Source: Phycisphaerales bacterium (GTDB lineage: Bacteria > Planctomycetota > Phycisphaerae > Phycisphaerales > UBA1924). From it: a stretch of 64,000 bases of DNA. Location of the stretch: NCBI GenBank assembly GCA_020847535.1, contig JADLBU010000003.1:29998-93997 (forward strand), in the 5' to 3' direction. Below the pieces are notes generated by a model. That model was not told where the DNA came from. It ran no database searches and was given only the letters and a program-made list of their open reading frames with translations. The translations under genes and the position numbers were made by a program. Shown here piece by piece: positions 58,637-64,000 of the stretch (within the stretch, counting starts at the first letter, position 1; the number at the start of each line of letters is the position of its first letter).

Positions 58637-60394
58637 ATGGCATCCACGACCGCGATGTTCACCGCTCTCTCGGGAATGACCGCCAATTCCCGCAGCCTCG
58701 ATGTGGTCGGCAACAACATCGCCAACGTCAACACGACCGCGTACAAGTCCAACCGGCTCCTGTTCTCGACGCAGTTCAGCCGCACCTACAGCGCCGGCAG
58801 CGCTCCCAGCGACACCACCGGCGGCACCAACCCGTTCCAGGTCGGCCTGGGCGTGTCGATCGCCGGCACGCAGCGCAACTTCACCGGCGGCACGATCTCG
58901 GCGACCGGGGATTCGCGCGACCTGGCGATCGAGGGGGATGGCTTCTTCATCGTGAACCGCGGAGGTGAGCAGCTCTACACCCGCGCCGGTGCCTTCCGCA
59001 CCAACGCCACCAACGACCTGATCTCCATAACCGGGGATCGCCTCCAAGGCTGGACGGTCGATGCCAACAACAACATCATCGAAGGGGGCCTGGTCAACCT
59101 GAACATCCCCCTGGGCACGATGACGCTCGCGGAGGCAACCGAGAACGTGCGTTTTTCGGGCAATCTCAACGCCAGCGGAGCGCTGGCCAGCCAGGGATCG
59201 GCGATCCGGATCATGGGCACATCGACCACGGGCATGCGGGCGATCGCGACCGCCAGCCCGCCGCCCGGGCCTGGCAATGTGCTCGAAGCCGTCACCCGGC
59301 TCATCGATATTGAGGATCCGGCCCAGCCCGGCAGCGGCACACCGATGCTGAGCGTCGGGCAGTCGCTCTCGTTCACGGGGATTGAGAAGGGCGGCAAGAC
59401 GCTGCGCCCGGCCGAGCTGGCGATCGATGCCACCACGACTGTGCAGGACCTCAACGATTTCCTCACCGATCTCTTGGGGATTGACACCGCATCGGGGGCA
59501 AACCCCGACGGCGCCACCCCCGGTGTTGCCCTCGATCCGGTCACGGGGATCCTGACCGCGACCGGCAACGTGGGCACCGTGAACGACCTGGAGATTGAGG
59601 CCTCCGACATCCAGATCCTGGATTCGGCCGGCGCGTTCGTGCGATCACCGCTCCTCACCGACAAAACCGCCAACGCCGATGGCGAGGCGGTGCGTACGAC
59701 GTTCATCGCCTACGACTCGCTGGGCACTCCGGTCTCCGTCGATGTCGCGATGGTCCTGGACGGCCGCTCGAGCACCGGCACCACCTGGCGATACTTTGTC
59801 GAATCTGCCGACGATACCGATCCATCCACCTTCATCGCCTCGGGCACGCTGGAGTTTGACACAGTCGGTCAGCTCGCGACCCGGGATCCCATCCCGATTA
59901 CCGTCGACCGCGCCAACACCGGCGCTCAGACGCCGCTGACCATCGATCTCTCGTTCGCGGGGGATGAGGACAACGTGACATCCCTGACCGACGACAGCTC
60001 GGCGATCGCCGCAACCTTTGCCGATGGCTCCCCGATCGGCACGCTGACGTCGTACGCGGTGGGAACCGATGGCGTCATCATCGGCTCGTTCACCAACGGC
60101 CTGACCCGCACCATCGGCCAGGTCGTGCTCGCCAAGTTCCCAAACTCCGAGGGTCTGGTCGATGTCGGATCCAACCTCTTCCGGGTTGGATCCAACAGCG
60201 GCACCCCCCTGATCGCCGCCGCCGGCACGCTGGGTTCGGGTCGCCTGGTTGGCGGCGCTCTGGAGCTCTCCAACGTGGACCTGAGCCAGGAGTTCATCAA
60301 CATGATCCTGGCCTCGACCGGCTACTCGGCCTCCTCCCGCGTCATCCGGACCACCGATGAGCTCATGCAGCAACTCCTGGTCCTGGGCCGGTGA
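58637..60394 (+). CDS. flgE: Flagellar hook protein FlgE
   Basis: 585 aa. MFTALSGMTANSRSLDVVGNNIANVNTTAYK.. N-terminus and C-terminal GGALELSNVDLSQEFINMILASTGYSASSRVIRTTDELMQQLL. Confidence 0.92.
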   Translation: MASTTAMFTALSGMTANSRSLDVVGNNIANVNTTAYKSNRLLFSTQFSRTYSAGSAPSDTTGGTNPFQVGLGVSIAGTQRNFTGGTISATGDSRDLAIEGDGFFIVNRGGEQLYTRAGAFRTNATNDLISITGDRLQGWTVDANNNIIEGGLVNLNIPLGTMTLAEATENVRFSGNLNASGALASQGSAIRIMGTSTTGMRAIATASPPPGPGNVLEAVTRLIDIEDPAQPGSGTPMLSVGQSLSFTGIEKGGKTLRPAELAIDATTTVQDLNDFLTDLLGIDTASGANPDGATPGVALDPVTGILTATGNVGTVNDLEIEASDIQILDSAGAFVRSPLLTDKTANADGEAVRTTFIAYDSLGTPVSVDVAMVLDGRSSTGTTWRYFVESADDTDPSTFIASGTLEFDTVGQLATRDPIPITVDRANTGAQTPLTIDLSFAGDEDNVTSLTDDSSAIAATFADGSPIGTLTSYAVGTDGVIIGSFTNGLTRTIGQVVLAKFPNSEGLVDVGSNLFRVGSNSGTPLIAAAGTLGSGRLVGGALELSNVDLSQEFINMILASTGYSASSRVIRTTDELMQQLLVLGR

Positions 60395-60804
60395 TCGATT
60401 CGATGGTTGAGGCGCATCTCGGGGTCAAGTGGCCCACCCCTGTTCCCGATAACTCCTCTACCGAGGCGGTGCTGTGCGCACAGCCCGGTCAGCCCCAGAC
60501 GATGGGAGAGGGAGCCGGCGAGATGGCGAGCACTCCGACACGCGCGATCCGGACCGTCTGCACCGTCGGCCGCCTGCTGGCGGTCGTCGGCCTGCTGCTC
60601 GCCGCGGCGACGATGGCGCGGGCGATCGCCGATCCGGCCCGAATGAGCACCTTGACCGCGGGGGCGGTCCTGGGCGTCATCTTCCTGGCGTTCCTGGCCG
60701 ACCGTTTCCTGGGATCGGTGATGGATCGGATCGACCGCTTCAACCCCGGCTCGGCGACGGGCCAGCCCACTGCCGACGCGACGGAACTTCGGGATGCAGC
60801 CTGA
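60391..60804 (+). CDS. Hypothetical two-TM membrane protein coupled to flgE
   Basis: 137 aa, GTGA overlap with the flgE stop (or ATG 60523). Two hydrophobic helices, VGRLLAVVGLLLAAATMA and LTAGAVLGVIFLAFLA. No family recognised; coding status unproven. Confidence 0.35.
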   Translation: MIDSMVEAHLGVKWPTPVPDNSSTEAVLCAQPGQPQTMGEGAGEMASTPTRAIRTVCTVGRLLAVVGLLLAAATMARAIADPARMSTLTAGAVLGVIFLAFLADRFLGSVMDRIDRFNPGSATGQPTADATELRDAA

Positions 60805-61003
60805 TGGTCCGGTAATGCCCGGCCCGGGCCGGTCCTTCGGTCTGTGACAGACGGCAGACACCTTCAAGTCGTCCCAGGGCATCTGTTCAGGCAAGCCTTG
60901 CCCCGCGAACGCCGACGCAAGGCTGGAAGCCCATCCGTGCGCTCACGCAGGATGGTCGCGGCTGTCCTGACCGATTCCCCCCACCTCACAGGCGGAGCAC
61001 ATC

Positions 61004-61555
61004 GTGGCCGACAAGGAAAAGAAGGATGAATCGGCGGAGGCAACTGCGGCAGGGGCCGAGGCTCCCGCCAAGAAGAAGTCTCCGATTATGACGATCGCGA
61101 TCGTTGCGGTGGTGATGATCCTGGAGGCGGTGGGGATCTTCGCGGTTGTCGGCATGACCGGGCGCGGCGCGGGTGATGCGGCGGCTGCGGGCCTCGAGCA
61201 TGAGGGCCACGACGATGCCGACGACCTCGTCGAGCTACCCCTAGTCTCCGACCGGTTCCAGAACTTGCAGACGGGCAAGACCTGGATCTGGAACGTCGAG
61301 ATCGTCCTGAGCGTCAAGAAGAAGAACGAGGCGGCGGTGACCCAGGCCGTCCAGGCCAAGTCGGCCGAGATCCTTGAGGGCGTCTCGATGATCTTCAGCC
61401 GCGCTCAGCTCAGCCAGCTCAAAGAGCCCGGCCGGCAGACGATCAACCGCCAGATCATCGCCTACATCAACCGCATCGTCGGCCCCGATGCCGAGGACCA
61501 CCCCCGCATCGACAGGATCCTCTTTCCGAAGTTCGTGGGCTTCGAGGCGGATTGA
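61004..61555 (+). CDS. fliL: Flagellar basal body-associated protein FliL
   Basis: 183 aa, GTG start with GGAG 6 nt upstream. Lys-rich N-terminus, TM helix IMTIAIVAVVMILEAVGIFAVVG, then WNVEIVLSVKKKNEAAV..ILEGVSMIFSRAQLSQLKEPGRQTINRQIIAYINRIVG. Confidence 0.8.
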   Translation: MADKEKKDESAEATAAGAEAPAKKKSPIMTIAIVAVVMILEAVGIFAVVGMTGRGAGDAAAAGLEHEGHDDADDLVELPLVSDRFQNLQTGKTWIWNVEIVLSVKKKNEAAVTQAVQAKSAEILEGVSMIFSRAQLSQLKEPGRQTINRQIIAYINRIVGPDAEDHPRIDRILFPKFVGFEAD

Positions 61556-61572
61556 GCAGGTTTCCAGAGAGC

Positions 61573-61642
61573 AGATGGCCAGGGGGCCAGATTCAAGGCA
61601 TTGAGTACTGTGCCGTTGCTGAATCTGGCAATCTGGCCATCT
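61573..61642 (+). other. 70-nt interrupted hairpin between fliL and fliN
   Basis: AGATGGCCAG (61573-82) pairs with CTGGCCATCT (61633-42). GCCAGATTCA (61586-95) pairs with TGAATCTGGC (61620-29). Symmetric 3x3 internal loop; the apical 24 nt contains a further GGCA/TGCC stem. Confidence 0.85.
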
Positions 61643-61790
61643 CGCCTTTGCGCTTCCCCACGCGGAAAAGTGCTGTCCATTCAAGGCCTTGTCCGATCGG
61701 AAGCGACAGGCGGGAGGATCTCGCCATATCGAGCCTGCGGCACTCGCGCACAATCTGCGCAAGCGCCCGGGGGGCTCGGAGGAAGTCAGG

Positions 61791-62357
61791 ATGACGGACC
61801 GCAGATCACCACATCGATCCGCCGAGCCGCCCGAGGATGGGGGCGGTGGCGAACCTGTGAACTCGAATCAATCCCCGCCGCCGTCCGCCGATGCTGAGGG
61901 CGTCAGCGATGACCAGGCGGCTGCGCTTCAGAGCGCTGCCGATCAGCTCGCCGGACTGGCCGAGGAGGCCGCGGCGGGGGCGATCCCAACGTCTCCTCCG
62001 TCTTCGGTCGTCAAGCAGGGGGCCGGCCGGACGGCGGCGACACCTCAGCAGTTCGACATGCCGACGTTCGAGCAGACCCGGCAGGCGCAGGCGAGCAAGG
62101 CGATCGATCTGCTTTCGGATGTCAACCTGAATGTCAAGATCGAGCTGGGGCGCACCCGGATGCTCGTGAGCGATGTCCTGCGGCTGTCAGAGGGGTCGGT
62201 GGTCGAGCTCGACAAGCTCGCCGGCGATCCGGTGGACATCTACGTGAACGACCGGCCGATTGCTCGCGGGGAAGTGCTCGTGCTCAACGAGAACTTCTGC
62301 GTGCGCATCAACGAGATCCTGACTCAGAAGATCGAGCCCGGCAAGGCCGCGGGCTAA
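61791..62357 (+). CDS. fliN: Flagellar motor switch protein FliN
   Basis: ORF 61689..62357 trimmed to ATG 61791 (GGAGGA 9 nt upstream). C-terminal SpoA domain [65 protein letters not shown]. Confidence 0.88.
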   Translation: MTDRRSPHRSAEPPEDGGGGEPVNSNQSPPPSADAEGVSDDQAAALQSAADQLAGLAEEAAAGAIPTSPPSSVVKQGAGRTAATPQQFDMPTFEQTRQAQASKAIDLLSDVNLNVKIELGRTRMLVSDVLRLSEGSVVELDKLAGDPVDIYVNDRPIARGEVLVLNENFCVRINEILTQKIEPGKAAG

Positions 62358-62413
62358 GCAAGCAAGGAAGCGGGCGGCGGAGCCGTCTGGAAGTCCCCAG
62401 CCAGGAAGGCGCG

Positions 62414-63529
62414 ATGCGGTGCAAGCTCGGTCGGATGCTGCCGGTGGTTGTCGGATGCCTGCTCGCCGCGCCGTGGGCGAACGCGGGTGATCCGGCACAC
62501 TTCATGGGTCCGATGCCGGATACGGCTCCGGCCCAGCCGCTCCAGCTCCAGCCACCAGTGCTAGAACAGGTAGCTGCCGAACCGGCATCCCCCGTGAACA
62601 CGGGTGAAGCGTCTGCCGAGGCGACACGATCGCCTCCGCGACCGGATGCGGCTTCGAACCAGCCGGCGAACACCGGCGCTCCCGAAAGGCCCGCGAGCGA
62701 GCTGCGAACCCTCGGACCCGCGCCGCGAGCGGCGGTCGATGCAACCGGGGCAGCCGCCGGCGTTGCGGCCAAGGTTGATCAGTCGGGCGCAGCACTGAAC
62801 GAGAGTTCCCTTGGCATCGGGCGCACAGCGCTGGCGCTGGTCGGCGTCGTCACGCTTGCGCTCCTGCTGGCCGCGGCGTTCCGGGCGATCGTCGCCCGCA
62901 GGGGTGGGATCGCCATGGCGCTGGGGCCTGGGGGCAGAGCACCGGCGGGAGTCGTCCATGTGCTGGCGCGATATCCCCTTCAGCGTGGCCAGCTCCTGGT
63001 GCTGATGAAGGTCGGCCCGCGAGTGCTGCTGGTCTGCCAGTCCAAGGCGGGCAGGCTCTCGGCGGCGGGCATGACCACGCTCGCCGAGTTCAGCGATCCC
63101 GATGAGGTTGCGCAGCTTGTCCGGCTGACCGCCGATGGCTCTGCTGAGTCGGCGGTGGGCAAGTTCAACGCGGTACTGGAGCGAGCGGCAGCGCTTCCCG
63201 TGCCAGGGATTCCTTCCCGCCCGGCAACCCGGAACACCGAGTTCGAACCTCCCGCCCGGGTTGTTTCGTCGGAGTCGGGCGATCGTGCGGAGATCTCCGG
63301 ATCTGCCGATCGGCTCGCGGGAGAGCAGGCTTCGCGGGCGATCCGGCGTACGACTCGCAGCGCTGGCGGCTTCGCAGCGCGGCCCGAGCCATCGATCACG
63401 TATTCAAGCCCCGATCAGCCGCAGACACCTCACACGCACCACGTGCCGCACGGGATGGATGGCGCGGAGATGCTCCGCCAACGGCTGGCCAAGCTTCGCT
63501 CGGGCAATGCTCGCGGGGGGCAGGCGTGA
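62414..63529 (+). CDS. fliO: FliO-domain flagellar biosynthesis protein, unusually long
   Basis: 371 aa. Signal peptide [17 protein letters not shown], Pro/Ala-rich region, TM helix [18 protein letters not shown], then the FliO core [38 protein letters not shown], followed by about 130 aa of C-terminal extension. Confidence 0.65.
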   Translation: MRCKLGRMLPVVVGCLLAAPWANAGDPAHFMGPMPDTAPAQPLQLQPPVLEQVAAEPASPVNTGEASAEATRSPPRPDAASNQPANTGAPERPASELRTLGPAPRAAVDATGAAAGVAAKVDQSGAALNESSLGIGRTALALVGVVTLALLLAAAFRAIVARRGGIAMALGPGGRAPAGVVHVLARYPLQRGQLLVLMKVGPRVLLVCQSKAGRLSAAGMTTLAEFSDPDEVAQLVRLTADGSAESAVGKFNAVLERAAALPVPGIPSRPATRNTEFEPPARVVSSESGDRAEISGSADRLAGEQASRAIRRTTRSAGGFAARPEPSITYSSPDQPQTPHTHHVPHGMDGAEMLRQRLAKLRSGNARGGQA

Positions 63530-64000
63530 GCGTCATCGCCCGCCACATTCTCCGAGTGATGGTGCTCGCAATGCTGCTGGCGAGCACCGTGACGGTTGCG
63601 AAGGGCCAGGGCTACGGCCCGCCCGTCAACGGTGTGCCCCGGTCCATCGATCTGCCGGAGCTGAAGAAGCCCACCGTGCTGACACCGGCGGACCTGCTGG
63701 TGAGCCAGGAGCTCAACCCGCTGGTGATGCTCGATTCGGCGGCAAGCGTGCTGCCGGGCGCTTCGACGCCGAATCTGCCGACGCCTTCCACCGGTTCGCA
63801 GGGCTCGCGCTCCGGCGGGCTCTCATCGGCGATCAACATCCTGGTGGTCCTGACGGTGCTGTCGCTGGCGCCGTCGATCATGCTGATGACGACGTGCTTC
63901 ATGCGGATCACGATCGTCCTTGGGATGCTCAAGCAGGCGATGGGCACGCAGTCGATCCCGCCACCGCAGGTGACGATCGCCCTGTCGCTGTTCATGACGC
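63526..64000 (+). CDS. fliP: Flagellar biosynthetic protein FliP (N-terminal part, runs off right edge)
   Basis: Not in the ORF track (no stop). Own translation from GTG 63526 (GTGA overlap with the fliO stop): signal-like N-terminus, then [60 protein letters not shown], the canonical FliP motif block. Confidence 0.9.
   Translation, partial: MSVIARHILRVMVLAMLLASTVTVAKGQGYGPPVNGVPRSIDLPELKKPTVLTPADLLVSQELNPLVMLDSAASVLPGASTPNLPTPSTGSQGSRSGGLSSAINILVVLTVLSLAPSIMLMTTCFMRITIVLGMLKQAMGTQSIPPPQVTIALSLFMT

Overview
This is a high-GC bacterial chromosomal segment (roughly two-thirds G+C by eye). I recognise no rRNA, tRNA, CRISPR array, transposase, integrase or phage gene in it. All calls come from reading the translations and the DNA; no searches were run.

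Taxonomy (inference only): the gene content points to Planctomycetota, possibly Phycisphaerae-like. The clues are prepilin-like proteins with (F)(T/S)LIELLVV N-termini, one with an H-X9-DG C-terminus, plus many Zn-ribbon membrane proteins, LpxI, and a cytoplasmic kinase with a sigma-54 activator next to flagellar genes.

Left ~38 kb: mixed-orientation housekeeping genes.
- A minus-strand operon: RlmI-like methyltransferase, Zn-ribbon membrane protein, NDH-2, a second Zn-ribbon membrane protein, and a Zn-ribbon MFS transporter.
- DUF885, Fkp fucokinase/guanylyltransferase, and two tandem DUF418 paralogs.
- FtsK, an Eis-like GNAT, an M29 aminopeptidase, RpoZ, stand-alone CoaC, two pseudopilins, FlgM and ComEC.
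- A TsaC/LMW-phosphatase fusion followed by RpiB, then Rho, a PilZ protein, Obg, TlyA and LpxI.

Right ~26 kb: one co-directional plus-strand block.
- Five genes of unknown function.
- A translationally coupled trio: FlgN-like protein, histidine kinase and sigma-54 activator.
- A flagellar cluster in Firmicute/spirochaete-like order that runs off the right edge: flgB-flgC-fliE-fliF-fliG-fliH-fliI-fliJ-ylxF-like-fliK-flgD-TIGR02530-like-flgE-orf-fliL-fliN-fliO-fliP.

Most unusual observations:
1. The Rho homolog has no recognisable N-terminal OB-fold RNA-binding domain. About 120 aa of Gly/Arg/Tyr low complexity sit in its place, behind a ~700-nt structured leader.
2. Short palindromic or word-repeat DNA elements that otherwise sit in intergenic spacers are also inserted in frame inside conserved genes (fliI, the RlmI-like methyltransferase, fkp, ftsK).
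3. Many 3' gene ends are followed by short tandem arrays of 7-9-nt words, or by tetraloop hairpin clusters.
4. A (GGGGGTAGT)6 tandem repeat and other strong G-quadruplex motifs lie on the coding strand.
5. NDH-2 is bracketed by Zn-ribbon membrane proteins.
6. fliM is missing from its expected slot, where a 70-nt interrupted hairpin sits instead.

Many long ORFs in the six-frame track are GC-driven shadow ORFs and were rejected.
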